Source: a virus. From it: 64,000 nucleotides of DNA. Of the stretch, positions 18,443-27,235 are shown one piece after another. A model generated the notes under the pieces. The model did not search any database. It was not told the origin of the DNA and saw only the letters and a list, made by a program, of their open reading frames with translations. Made by a program: the position numbers and the translations under genes. The stretch is from positions 1 to 64,000 of IMG/VR virus record IMGVR_UViG_3300022602_001838; one strand, written 5' to 3'. The stretch's first letter is position 1. The number at the start of each line of letters is the position of its first letter.

Positions 18443-19543
18443 TTACTTACCGCTTGCGGCGATAATGTACTTGCCGAAGCGTTTGTGGAACTCGTCAAAG
18501 TGAGCCATCTTACCTGGCACCATTGGCAAGCTGTAAGTTGTCAGAGCAACACGAGCACCCATAACAGTCAACTCTGTGGAGAAGTTGTTCATCATGAATG
18601 ATAAGAAGTTGTCTGCCTGTTTGTGGAAGTCAGCAATCTTGTCCTTGCCCAACTTTTTGTATTGCTCTTGCAATTCGTAGCACATACTGATAGTCAATGA
18701 GTACATAGCACTCACTTCTTTGACTTTCAACTCAGTGACTTTGCCTTGCAACACATCAGAGGGGTTAGGCATTTGACCTGCAACTTTGCGGTGAGCCATA
18801 AAGCTCAGAGCAAGACCTTCACCAATAGTACCTGACACCAAGTCACGCAACTCGTCATCACTCATACCGTCTTGTTTCAAGAACTGCGACACGAACGACC
18901 AGCTACGAGGAGTAGCAAACGCACGACTTGCACTTTTTGGATCAAAGTCAAACAAACTGTGTTTTGCGAAACCAATGTAACCAACAACGTCTTGGTGAAC
19001 TTGATTGTTCACAGCCCATTGGAACCAGCTGTCAAAGTCAGGACGAACTTCCAAGTGAACAAAACGATTAGCCAGTGGGCTAGCCATACGATATGTCACA
19101 CCTTTGTCAGACTCACGGTTACCAGCAGCAACCACAACCACGTTGTCGGGCAACTGATATTTGCCAACACGGCGGTCCAAGACTAGTTGATAAGCAGCAG
19201 CCTGCACAGCGGGAGCCGCAGAGTTCATTTCGTCCAAGAACAATACAACGATGGGATACTGAGCACAGGTTTCAGCATCTGGCAAATCGATTGGGGGAGC
19301 CCAGTCCATTTTGCCTGTGTCACGATTGAAGTATGGAATACCTTTAATGTCAGTTGGCTCCATTTGTGACAAACGGACGTCATAGCAGACGCCATCAAGT
19401 TCTTGTGTCAGACCCTTGATAACGTCAGACTTGCCGACGCCTGGAGGACCCCACAGAAAAACGGGGCGTTTCGTATTGAAACAGGCTTTGATACGATTAC
19501 GGGCTTCACTCGGGGTGACGGTGCGAGACTCAGTTACTGCCAT
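18443..19543 (-). CDS. MoxR-type AAA+ ATPase
   Basis: GPPGVGKS, LFLDEMN, AAGNR, NRF and TPRSW motifs; partner VWA gene nearby. Confidence 0.9.
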   Translation of the reverse strand: MAVTESRTVTPSEARNRIKACFNTKRPVFLWGPPGVGKSDVIKGLTQELDGVCYDVRLSQMEPTDIKGIPYFNRDTGKMDWAPPIDLPDAETCAQYPIVVLFLDEMNSAAPAVQAAAYQLVLDRRVGKYQLPDNVVVVAAGNRESDKGVTYRMASPLANRFVHLEVRPDFDSWFQWAVNNQVHQDVVGYIGFAKHSLFDFDPKSASRAFATPRSWSFVSQFLKQDGMSDDELRDLVSGTIGEGLALSFMAHRKVAGQMPNPSDVLQGKVTELKVKEVSAMYSLTISMCYELQEQYKKLGKDKIADFHKQADNFLSFMMNNFSTELTVMGARVALTTYSLPMVPGKMAHFDEFHKRFGKYIIAASGK

Positions 19544-19644
19544 TTAGATACTCCTTGTTGAATGACATTTTTAACATTGAAACTGTATTATACAGACTTT
19601 TTATGATCTGTCTGTAGTTTTTATGCAACAAACAGAAAATATTT

Positions 19645-19929
19645 TTATGCCGCCTCCAGCATATTAGCTGGAACGCGCCAAGTAAGATGACTCTTGCCAT
19701 TTTCTGACACGAGAATGAATTTGCGGTTGACTTTTTTCACAGTGCCCAAGACGATTTTGTTATCACGGGTACTAGTAAAACGAACTTGGCTACCGATGAC
19801 CAAGCTGCCTGTATTTTTATGAACCAGTTGACTGCGGGCAAATTTCAGCGCATTGTAGATGGAATCCAGATCAGTATTAGAAAACTGACCAGAAATGATC
19901 GCTGAGTTAACTTCTTGAAGTGTAGTCAT
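19645..19929 (-). CDS. Hypothetical protein with SH3/KOW-like C-terminus
   Basis: IGSQVRF...GTVKKVNRK...WRVP; AGGA RBS. Confidence 0.6.
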   Translation of the reverse strand: MTTLQEVNSAIISGQFSNTDLDSIYNALKFARSQLVHKNTGSLVIGSQVRFTSTRDNKIVLGTVKKVNRKFILVSENGKSHLTWRVPANMLEAA

Positions 19930-19993
19930 TTTGCTTCCTGTTTCGTTTAACAATATATGTATTATACAGCCGTTTTTCAAAATCACCAAACGC

Positions 19994-20026
19994 AAAAAGA
20001 AAAACCGTTGCATTTCTACAACGGCT
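19994..20026 (-). terminator. Intrinsic terminator after the DNA methyltransferase
   Basis: CCGTTG/CAACGG stem followed by TTTTTCTTTTT on the minus strand. Confidence 0.6.
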
Positions 20027-20048
20027 TAAAAATGAATACTTTTGTTTG

Positions 20049-21014
20049 TCAGTCTAGTAAATGGTCTATGTTGATGGGCTTCAACTTGTCAGTAGTTGAT
20101 ACAACTACTGGCTCAATGAATCGCTGATCCATCTTTTCAAACATTTTTGGATCTCGCTCAATCAGAATGGCCCTACGATTCAGTGCCTGACAGGCAAGCC
20201 CAGCTGACCCACTTCCAGCAAAAGTGTCCAGAATCAAATCACCATCATTGGACAAGAGTTCGATAAAGTAACGCAAAACTTCTTGTGGCTTTTCAGTTGG
20301 GTGAATTTTGTTCTTGCCAAGACCGCCGCTGTACGTGATGGTATTTGGAACTACACACTCGATAAGCCCATTGGACTGTTTTCTTGAATTGAACACTGTT
20401 TCGTATTCTTTTCTGGCACGTTCAAATACCTCAGTCAAGTTATCAGTTGACTTGCTGTCCTTGATTGCTTTGTACAAGATACTGCTGGCTTTGTCGGCTG
20501 AGGCATATCGCTCAACCATACTGTCAATCTTTGCGTTGGCGTGAAATGTACGCTTACCCCCGGGCTTGATACCAAACAACACATACTCACACCCGCTCAC
20601 AGGATTTACTTGACGATTGAATGGCACGGCAGCTGGCTTCTTCCAAGTCCACACACGCTTGGGTTCAAACCCAACTCGCTCCATTGACTTCCACAGATAA
20701 GATACATACTGGTCAGAGATAAAGACTGCAAACGCTCCGCCCTTACGAACTTTTTTGAACCACAGAGCAGACCAGCTGTCAATCTGCTTTAAGAAGTCAT
20801 TGTGTTCTACTGAATCCCAATCCTGCTCAAAACTTTCGCTGAATCTTTGATTGTGAATAGTAGTTTTATTCTCACCAGTTTCTTTGTCGATCCACACTGG
20901 CTTGGCGCCATCTTCACTGATATTATATGGTGGGTCAGTAAGCAACAGGTCAACGCTGTTGTCGGCAATCAACTGATCCTGTTCGAGCATATCGCCCTGT
21001 ATTCTGGTAATCAT
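20049..21014 (-). CDS. Orphan N6-adenine/N4-cytosine DNA methyltransferase (beta class)
   Basis: TDPPY precedes HPTEKP and DTFAGSGS. Confidence 0.9.
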   Translation of the reverse strand: MITRIQGDMLEQDQLIADNSVDLLLTDPPYNISEDGAKPVWIDKETGENKTTIHNQRFSESFEQDWDSVEHNDFLKQIDSWSALWFKKVRKGGAFAVFISDQYVSYLWKSMERVGFEPKRVWTWKKPAAVPFNRQVNPVSGCEYVLFGIKPGGKRTFHANAKIDSMVERYASADKASSILYKAIKDSKSTDNLTEVFERARKEYETVFNSRKQSNGLIECVVPNTITYSGGLGKNKIHPTEKPQEVLRYFIELLSNDGDLILDTFAGSGSAGLACQALNRRAILIERDPKMFEKMDQRFIEPVVVSTTDKLKPINIDHLLD

Positions 21015-21179
21015 TTATTCTCCGTAGTCTGCACTGTCTTCTTGTTCTTGCCTGAATGCCTCTGCTTGTTCAAGCGTATCAAATGGATCACTTTGGAAAG
21101 CACACTGACCCCAGGGTCCGTTGAAGTAAACATAATACTTGCGTTCTTGATCATCAAAACGAATTTTCAGTTCATCCAT
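21015..21179 (-). CDS. 54-aa hypothetical protein (MDELKIRFDDQERKYYVYFNGPWG...)
   Basis: Read manually; AGGAG RBS, promoter upstream, stop abuts the methyltransferase ATG. Confidence 0.65.
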   Translation of the reverse strand: MDELKIRFDDQERKYYVYFNGPWGQCAFQSDPFDTLEQAEAFRQEQEDSADYGE

Positions 21180-21201
21180 ACAATGCTCCTTTAAGTTCAG
21201 T

Positions 21202-21230
21202 ATTATACATTAGCACTGATTAAATGTAAA
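21202..21230 (-). promoter_or_regulatory. sigma70-type promoter TTTACA-17-TATAAT
   Basis: Near-consensus boxes with a 17-bp spacer. Confidence 0.6.
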
Positions 21231-21243
21231 GTAGAAAAAAGTA

Positions 21244-21615
21244 TTAATTATTTTCTTGCAGATTGTCCAAATACGTACCCAAGTTGCCAGCGTGTAGAGC
21301 CAGCATTATGGCATCTTGCTCACTGTGTACCCATAATTCTTTTAGGTCTTTGATGTAGTATGGCTGTGTTAACAGTCGCTCTAACTGTAACAACATTTTG
21401 GGGGTGATGGGTCTATCAAGACCTACAAGGTGTAAATCGAAGTCTGTTTTCTTTGCTAACCACATAGCGCCAACTTTGCTTAGGCGCATACTTGTGGGCT
21501 TGGTGGGATTAAAGAACCACTGATATCTGTCCCAGGTACTGGTCGGCGCATTTGGGATAGTGGCCCATTCTATGACCCATTGGTCTTGTGTCTTATGCTC
21601 TGTAGATTGTGTCAC
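21244..21615 (-). CDS. Hypothetical protein
   Basis: 123 aa; SMRLSKVG...LLQLERLLTQPYYI...SEQDAIMLAL. Confidence 0.65.
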   Translation of the reverse strand: MTQSTEHKTQDQWVIEWATIPNAPTSTWDRYQWFFNPTKPTSMRLSKVGAMWLAKKTDFDLHLVGLDRPITPKMLLQLERLLTQPYYIKDLKELWVHSEQDAIMLALHAGNLGTYLDNLQENN

Positions 21616-21883
21616 CTTGCTTCAACAAGACCACTGTAAATTTATCTGTCTTGAAAGTGTTGTTCATCTTTTTGCACAGATTGATAGCGTGTCCGCTATT
21701 GCTAAATGAAACCTTTTTGTATTTAGGTCCCGGATAGTGAACTAGGGTATGGAATGTTTTAAGATTAATAGGTTGGTTGTCGTAGAACACTGCCCATATG
21801 CCTTCGCTGGCTAGCACTTGATCGCTCTTATATGTAGTTTTGTTAACGTGTTCTAATAGAACCGTTGGCTTTGGTCTTGACAT
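21593..21883 (-). CDS. Hypothetical protein (MSRPKP...)
   Basis: AAGGA RBS and a perfect TATAAATA at 21904-21911. Confidence 0.7.
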   Translation of the reverse strand: MSRPKPTVLLEHVNKTTYKSDQVLASEGIWAVFYDNQPINLKTFHTLVHYPGPKYKKVSFSNSGHAINLCKKMNNTFKTDKFTVVLLKQGDTIYRA

Positions 21884-21928
21884 ACTCTTTCCTTGACTAT
21901 AGTTATTTATATTCAATAACTACGCACA

Positions 21929-22153
21929 TTATTTAAAACTGCCCCCATCCATCCCCATTTGGGCAACCTGCGCAACAGGTTCTGGTTGATCGCTGAGTTC
22001 TGCTATATGTGTTAATAAGGCAAAGATATCGTTGTGAAGATTTCTTGCCTCTTGTGCAGACAGTACCAACTGCTTGCTTTGTGTTTGATTCATAACACGC
22101 ACTTTGTCGTTAAACATACGCACGTGCAAACTTAGTTTATTGATTTCGATCAT
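21929..22153 (-). CDS. Hypothetical protein
   Basis: 74 aa; ends MDGGSFK. Confidence 0.6.
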   Translation of the reverse strand: MIEINKLSLHVRMFNDKVRVMNQTQSKQLVLSAQEARNLHNDIFALLTHIAELSDQPEPVAQVAQMGMDGGSFK

Positions 22154-22604
22154 CTACTTCTCGTTCAGCGGCTTCTTGCGTTGCAAAAGGTCCACAGTAT
22201 TCGTAACGATTCAACATAATGAGTTTTGGACAGTATTGCAAACTCCAATCATCATCAAGTTTTACTGCGTAGTATCCAGCGCCGAAATAGCTCTTGCTCA
22301 TACGAGTTTTGGTATAGATTGGCAAGTAACGTTGGACATCAAACAGTGCATTGAAGTGTTTACCGCCTGTGGGGAATCCATAGATGTTATCTTCAACTGT
22401 GACTTTCTTGCGTTCGGCTTTGGCAAATACAATGTTGTATTTGGAACTCAGCATTTTGATACTGGGAAAGTATTCCCGCTGATAGTCATGCACATAAGCA
22501 TATCCACCATCTTCATCAATTGCCTGAATTGTAGCGCATTGCTGTCCATCACGCTCGACAATCCAGAACTTATCTTTAACTATGGGTTTTGCGATGGTGT
22601 TCAT
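22137..22604 (-). CDS. Hypothetical protein
   Basis: 155 aa in an overlapping operon. Confidence 0.65.
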   Translation of the reverse strand: MNTIAKPIVKDKFWIVERDGQQCATIQAIDEDGGYAYVHDYQREYFPSIKMLSSKYNIVFAKAERKKVTVEDNIYGFPTGGKHFNALFDVQRYLPIYTKTRMSKSYFGAGYYAVKLDDDWSLQYCPKLIMLNRYEYCGPFATQEAAEREVDDRNQ

Positions 22605-22939
22605 TTTTGTAGTTGGCTCATTGTAATAATTTTGCCCAACTCTTTATCGAAGTCAGCATCCTCGTGAATCAGATACAGCTTGGGTATTGGGCCAGACTGG
22701 ATGCTGATGATATAGCCACCGTTGGCATGTGTGATGCGTATTGTAATATCACTGTTGATATAAACGTTGGGTTCTTGTGCGCCTATGCTATATAAACTAC
22801 TTGCGTTGCCTAGTGCTATGCCCGCACTTGCGTATTGTCCTGCTATTGCCGTCATTGCTTTGTTTTCCTCTTTGTCAAATAAGATGCGTCCACCAGATAA
22901 CCAGTTGGCCAGACGCAGGCGTGATTTTTTGAACATCAT
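22601..22939 (-). CDS. Hypothetical protein (paralog of 22936-23232)
   Basis: Shares A.GG.I...Y.I....D....G.I..M..L with the next ORF. Confidence 0.6.
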   Translation of the reverse strand: MMFKKSRLRLANWLSGGRILFDKEENKAMTAIAGQYASAGIALGNASSLYSIGAQEPNVYINSDITIRITHANGGYIISIQSGPIPKLYLIHEDADFDKELGKIITMSQLQK

Positions 22940-23232
22940 TGTTTCAATAACTCCATGGCAACAATTTGTCCAATGCGATGAGCAATGTCTTGTTCGGTGT
23001 CGGGGATCACATAAGTTTTGTTGTTGCTTTCGTCCCGGCGACGATCGTATGTACGCATCTGTACAATGGTTCCGCCCTCGGCCGGCATCACTATGAATCG
23101 CATACCGTCAATGTCTGCTTCTTCGCCGACTCGTACTTTACCTGATGCCACTGTTGTAGCGTAGATCTCGTTTTCACGTTTTGGATAGTCTTGGACCCAT
23201 GCCATAAAGCGGTATAGAGTGCGTCTAATCAT
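22936..23232 (-). CDS. Hypothetical protein (paralog of 22601-22939)
   Basis: ATGA coupling and the shared C-terminal motif. Confidence 0.6.
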   Translation of the reverse strand: MIRRTLYRFMAWVQDYPKRENEIYATTVASGKVRVGEEADIDGMRFIVMPAEGGTIVQMRTYDRRRDESNNKTYVIPDTEQDIAHRIGQIVAMELLKQ

Positions 23233-23585
23233 TTTTGTTCCTTGGTTTCTTCTTCTAGGGTGAGCGCCTTCATAATCTCAAGACGCTCGTATGCGTCTCT
23301 AAGGCCAGGATGTTGGTCCATTCTAGCCTTGAGTTCTAGTTCTTCAGCACGCCGTTGTTTGGCCCAATCTAGCAGACTTTCGGCCTCCTGGCTAAGTCCA
23401 ACACCAGCATAGCCCATATTCAATGTAACCCAACTAGCTCCATCGTAGACTTCCATATTTTGATTGCCGGTATTGTAGCGCACATTACCTACACCTTGAA
23501 GTCCACTGTAGCCATTTACGTAAGTGCTTGCCTGGCCACCTGTGATGTGTATATAACGCCCAATTGGGTTTATATCTCTAATCAT
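23229..23585 (-). CDS. Hypothetical protein
   Basis: Contains VRYNTGNQNMEVYDGASW. Confidence 0.65.
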   Translation of the reverse strand: MIRDINPIGRYIHITGGQASTYVNGYSGLQGVGNVRYNTGNQNMEVYDGASWVTLNMGYAGVGLSQEAESLLDWAKQRRAEELELKARMDQHPGLRDAYERLEIMKALTLEEETKEQK

Positions 23586-23788
23586 TCGCCATCGGACTCC
23601 GCAGCCGCCTGGCGCGCCACTTCCTCGTCAATCTTGGCCTGTAGCACTTGTGTTATAAGCTGATTGAGAGTGATGTCTTTTTCATGTGCCATCAGCATGA
23701 GTTGATACAGTTCTTCCTTAGGAAGATTGAGTTCAATCTCGCTGTAGCCGTCTAGTGATTCTTCAAAGTCTTCATGTTGTGTAGTCAT
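23582..23788 (-). CDS. Small ribbon-helix-helix/HicB-like DNA-binding protein
   Basis: ELNLPKEELYQLMLMAHEKDITLNQLI pattern. Confidence 0.55.
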   Translation of the reverse strand: MTTQHEDFEESLDGYSEIELNLPKEELYQLMLMAHEKDITLNQLITQVLQAKIDEEVARQAAAESDGE

Positions 23789-24783
23789 AGTTTAGTCTCC
23801 GGGTAAGGTGCTGCCAAGCAGTCAACATATTGTTGTGGGCTTTCGCTGATTTTCTTCAAGTCATACTTGCCGCAGAACTTCAAGAATTTAGAACCAATTT
23901 GTGGCACAGATTTGACCACGCTGCCTTCTGCAATGGTAGTGGCTATTTTGACTTTGACTTCATCTGGCTGAGCAGTGAGGTCAACGAGTGTGACATTGCG
24001 GTTGTAGTCATCCAATACTCGATGCTCAACCCCGTTGTGGTCAACCCACTTCTGCAACATAAGATTGTTCCAAGAATATCCTTTGCTATCCCTATCGGCA
24101 AAGGCTTCTTCCAGACCCGTCTTATTCTTAGTGCCCTTGGTTCTAACTCCAGGATATGCGGAGAAGACATTATCACTAGCATCTCCACGCATACATTTCT
24201 CAAAGAGTATCCACTTGGGCTCGGGAATTTTCTTGGGTTCTTTGGTTTTCTTATCAACGACTTGCTTGCCTTTTTTGTCAAAAATACCTTGCAGAGTGTG
24301 CAATTCTTCATTGACGCCATTGTACTGAACAACATTAGTGGCCAGTAACTGATGGAAGTCTGAATCTGTGCTGATGATAACGTGCTCGTCTTGTGGATGT
24401 GCCTGAATCCAACCAGCAATCAAATCATCTGCTTCTAAGTTTTCGTGTCGGAGCACTGTACAGTTTGTGCTTTCTTTGAGGAAAGTTTTAAGTGCATCAA
24501 ATGCTTCCCAAAACAAACGATCCTCTTCTTGTTCTTTTTCAGTCAATGATGCAGTTTTAACTGCACGATTCTTTTTGTATGGCTCATAGAAGTCCTTGCG
24601 CCAGCTACGACCTTCTAGGCAGATCACAACGTGGTCTGCTTTGTGATTACGAAACGCACTAGAAATGCTACTCAAGGTAACGTGGATAGCAAATCCAAGT
24701 TTGTCCCACATTTCTGCCTGACGATGTGCGCTGTGCCGAGCACGAAAGAATGTGTTTGCAGTATCAACAATTAGGTATTTCAT
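23785..24783 (-). CDS. rnh: T4-type RNase H / 5'-3' flap exonuclease
   Basis: IVDTAN, WRK.FY..YK.NR, EADDLIA, STDSDFHQL and GDASDNV motifs. Confidence 0.9.
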   Translation of the reverse strand: MKYLIVDTANTFFRARHSAHRQAEMWDKLGFAIHVTLSSISSAFRNHKADHVVICLEGRSWRKDFYEPYKKNRAVKTASLTEKEQEEDRLFWEAFDALKTFLKESTNCTVLRHENLEADDLIAGWIQAHPQDEHVIISTDSDFHQLLATNVVQYNGVNEELHTLQGIFDKKGKQVVDKKTKEPKKIPEPKWILFEKCMRGDASDNVFSAYPGVRTKGTKNKTGLEEAFADRDSKGYSWNNLMLQKWVDHNGVEHRVLDDYNRNVTLVDLTAQPDEVKVKIATTIAEGSVVKSVPQIGSKFLKFCGKYDLKKISESPQQYVDCLAAPYPETKL

Positions 24784-24790
24784 AGTTGAT

Positions 24791-24819
24791 ATTATACTAG
24801 CAGTTTATTTTTTAGTCAA
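24791..24819 (-). promoter_or_regulatory. sigma70-type promoter TTGACT-17-TATAAT
   Basis: The -10 box ends 7 nt before the rnh ATG. Confidence 0.65.
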
Positions 24820-25509
24820 GTAATATTGCACAATTTGGTCGTACAGATAATCGGCCCAAGCTGCGTGTGCGTCTGCCCCAAAATGATAACTATTTTGTTT
24901 TACAGTTTTAAAACCCTGTGCCAAACACCAATTGTAATACGTTAGTTCTCTGTTGTATGGATCAAGATAGCAGTTGTTCCAATCCAAGTGTTCTACATTG
25001 GCAAACGGTTCATAGCAGGTAAAGAAGTAGTGATTGATGCCATGCTTTTCCAAGAACTGGTGAAAGTTGTGTATGGCTCTGTGCTCTTTGTTTATGTGTG
25101 TTTGATAGTCTAAGTTTACTATCCATTTTCGGTAACGATCTTTGATTTCATCAGGCCAATCTTCACCAACTCCACCTGCATTGACCTGATAGTAGCTGTC
25201 CTTGTGGAACCATTCTTCACGCTCCCAAGTTGACCATCCAATCACAATCAAGTCTGGACGAACCTGATTTAATATAAAGTCTTCTGTGGTGCGAACTATG
25301 CGTGTGTTACTGGCGGCACTTTCGGCATCACAATGTAGCGTAGCACCTAGTCTGTCTGCTAGTCTTTGTCCCCAGCTTACAGCAAGATTGTCAGGATGTG
25401 GCGCACGACCATATGCCCACAACTTGGGATCATCTTGTGCAAAACAATAATCGTTTACTGCTTCGCCTGCGGCAGTATGACTATCACCGTTGACGTATAA
25501 AATTGTCAT
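24805..25509 (-). CDS. SGNH/GDSL-like protein
   Basis: NGDSH, AASN, IGWS...REEW and YHF..AH motifs; start placed at [10 protein letters not shown]. Confidence 0.6.
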   Translation of the reverse strand: MTILYVNGDSHTAAGEAVNDYCFAQDDPKLWAYGRAPHPDNLAVSWGQRLADRLGATLHCDAESAASNTRIVRTTEDFILNQVRPDLIVIGWSTWEREEWFHKDSYYQVNAGGVGEDWPDEIKDRYRKWIVNLDYQTHINKEHRAIHNFHQFLEKHGINHYFFTCYEPFANVEHLDWNNCYLDPYNRELTYYNWCLAQGFKTVKQNSYHFGADAHAAWADYLYDQIVQYYLTKK

Positions 25510-25515
25510 AATTAG

Positions 25516-25585
25516 TATAAATAAAAGTGCCGATCGCGGATTCCCCAACCCCATCGGCTCTAACAGTTGTAAAGGAACTATCAGC
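25516..25585 (+). promoter_or_regulatory. Late promoter TATAAATA plus structured leader (copy B) of the homing endonuclease
   Basis: GCCGAT/ATCGGC stem, then an AGTT/AACT hairpin enclosing the AAGG(A) RBS; repeated at 1-70. Confidence 0.75.
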
Positions 25586-26122
25586 ATGAATATTTATTAT
25601 GTATATGCCTACATCAGAGAAGATGGCACCCCATACTATATTGGAAAAGGTACTGGAAAACGAGCGTGGGTTCATTGCAATAACGATGTTATCCACCCGC
25701 CCAAGGACACAATGAGAATTGTAATTCTTGAAAATAATCTAACAAATCTTGGGGCACTTGCCCTTGAGCGTAGAATGATTCGTTGGTATGGTAGAAAAGA
25801 TTTGGGCACTGGGATTCTACATAACAGGACTGATGGTGGCGAAGGTGGGCAAGGATATAAACCAAAACCATTTACCGAAGAACACAAGAAAAATATGAGC
25901 AAGGCATGGGAAAAGAGAAGATTGACTCCTATATCTGAAAAAACTCGTGCCAAATTAAGTGCTAAACGCAAAGGTAGGACCTCTCCAAATAAAGGGTTAT
26001 TAGTTGGCTACAATAAAGGTAAACGTTTAAAAACATTTAAATGTATACATTGCGAAGTTGAAACTACCAATGGAAATTTGCAACGATGGCACAATGATAA
26101 TTGCAAGAAGAAAAGTTCATAA
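25586..26122 (+). CDS. Free-standing GIY-YIG-like homing endonuclease with NUMOD3 and a C-terminal Zn ribbon
   Basis: YYVYAY...[41 protein letters not shown] repeats and CIHC...WHNDNC; on the opposite strand to its neighbours. Confidence 0.85.
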   Translation: MNIYYVYAYIREDGTPYYIGKGTGKRAWVHCNNDVIHPPKDTMRIVILENNLTNLGALALERRMIRWYGRKDLGTGILHNRTDGGEGGQGYKPKPFTEEHKKNMSKAWEKRRLTPISEKTRAKLSAKRKGRTSPNKGLLVGYNKGKRLKTFKCIHCEVETTNGNLQRWHNDNCKKKSS

Positions 26123-26315
26123 TTTCAATTGTATAAACGTTGCCATCTTGGGGTCATCGAATCTTACAATGGCTTTGATATCCCTTATAAGCAGGTCTAA
26201 CATCCCACCCTTCACCGCCTATGCGATTGTGTAGAACGAACTTTCGTGGGCCGACATACTTTTCTAATTGGTCAGCCATCCAGCGAAACCCACAATCAAA
26301 TTCAACTTCGACCAT
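26117..26315 (-). pseudogene. Frameshifted small ORF (or single-base assembly error)
   Basis: MVEVEFDCGFRW... stops at 26154. The family-like C-terminus [20 protein letters not shown] continues in another frame to the TGA at 26117 (199 nt = 3n+1). Confidence 0.5.
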
Positions 26316-26625
26316 TTTCTTTTACTAATGCCATAACTACTTGAAGACGCTCAAACACATCTGCTACCGCGGGATGATCGTGATATCTTGCTGCATCGTC
26401 CAAAAGAGCCTTTAATGCAGTATACCTAGCAAAGTCACTGATTAGAGGGAACAGATAAGTTTTACCATCGGTCTTGAGTATTGTAGTTTTCTCTGTCGGG
26501 GCAGCTACCTTAATGGTAACATGAGATCCTGCTGGCGGAGGAGTAGTAAACATAATAGTGCCCTCACCAGCGACATAGTTAATGCCAGGCACCTGTACTA
26601 CACCATTTACAAAAACGCTTAACAT
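26302..26625 (-). CDS. Hypothetical protein
   Basis: VFVNGVVQVPG.NY....I.F..PPP.G module, seen in phage structural repeat proteins. Confidence 0.55.
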   Translation of the reverse strand: MLSVFVNGVVQVPGINYVAGEGTIMFTTPPPAGSHVTIKVAAPTEKTTILKTDGKTYLFPLISDFARYTALKALLDDAARYHDHPAVADVFERLQVVMALVKENGRS

Positions 26626-26867
26626 TCTCTATATGCCGGGTTAGGAAATTCAAGTTCAAACACGAAGAACTTATTTCCATCTGTGTCTCTGAGAGTTTCT
26701 AATGTGCGATTCTGTTCCGCTTCACTCTGTGTCAAATAAAATCCTGACCCAATATACGCTGCACCAGCGGCAGCAGCGCCAGTGGTGCTAAAGTTCAGAT
26801 TTGTCTTTGTTGACATTCTGACTAACTGAAAGACCCGCATGGTCTTGGGTATTGGTAGAGACTCCAT
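26619..26867 (-). CDS. Hypothetical protein
   Basis: 82-aa ORF in the operon. Confidence 0.6.
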   Translation of the reverse strand: MESLPIPKTMRVFQLVRMSTKTNLNFSTTGAAAAGAAYIGSGFYLTQSEAEQNRTLETLRDTDGNKFFVFELEFPNPAYREC

Positions 26868-27235
26868 TAACTGGCCTCGCTACGTCCGTCACCTAGGTTC
26901 TTGCGATCAATGACTCGTGGACGAGCATCATATGGTTGATTAGACTCCCATTGCTCATAGTTTTCCATAGCAATGTTCTTGCAGATAGTTTGGAACCAAC
27001 GATCAATGATAACATCTTCTGCTTCGTTGGGCTTGCTTTGATAGCCAGCACGAACTAGATTAGTGATGAATTTCTCATTCCAATCTAATTCAAATGCGCC
27101 ATTACCCACATTGTCTGGATCAAGTTCAATGCTTATGATAGCAACATAGGGTTCACCCGCTTCTGTTGCGATTTCTTTTGCTGTCTTTACAGCTTCTGCT
27201 GGTTTCTTAGCAGGTGTTTTCTTTACTGTGGCCAT
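26867..27235 (-). CDS. Hypothetical protein
   Basis: EPYV...GAFELDWN..F...GY...IDRWF; TAATG-coupled to queE. Confidence 0.7.
   Translation of the reverse strand: MATVKKTPAKKPAEAVKTAKEIATEAGEPYVAIISIELDPDNVGNGAFELDWNEKFITNLVRAGYQSKPNEAEDVIIDRWFQTICKNIAMENYEQWESNQPYDARPRVIDRKNLGDGRSEAS

Noticed and set aside
20049-21014. Complete restriction-modification system
   Set aside because: No cognate endonuclease is adjacent; the GIY-YIG gene 4.5 kb away has homing-endonuclease architecture.
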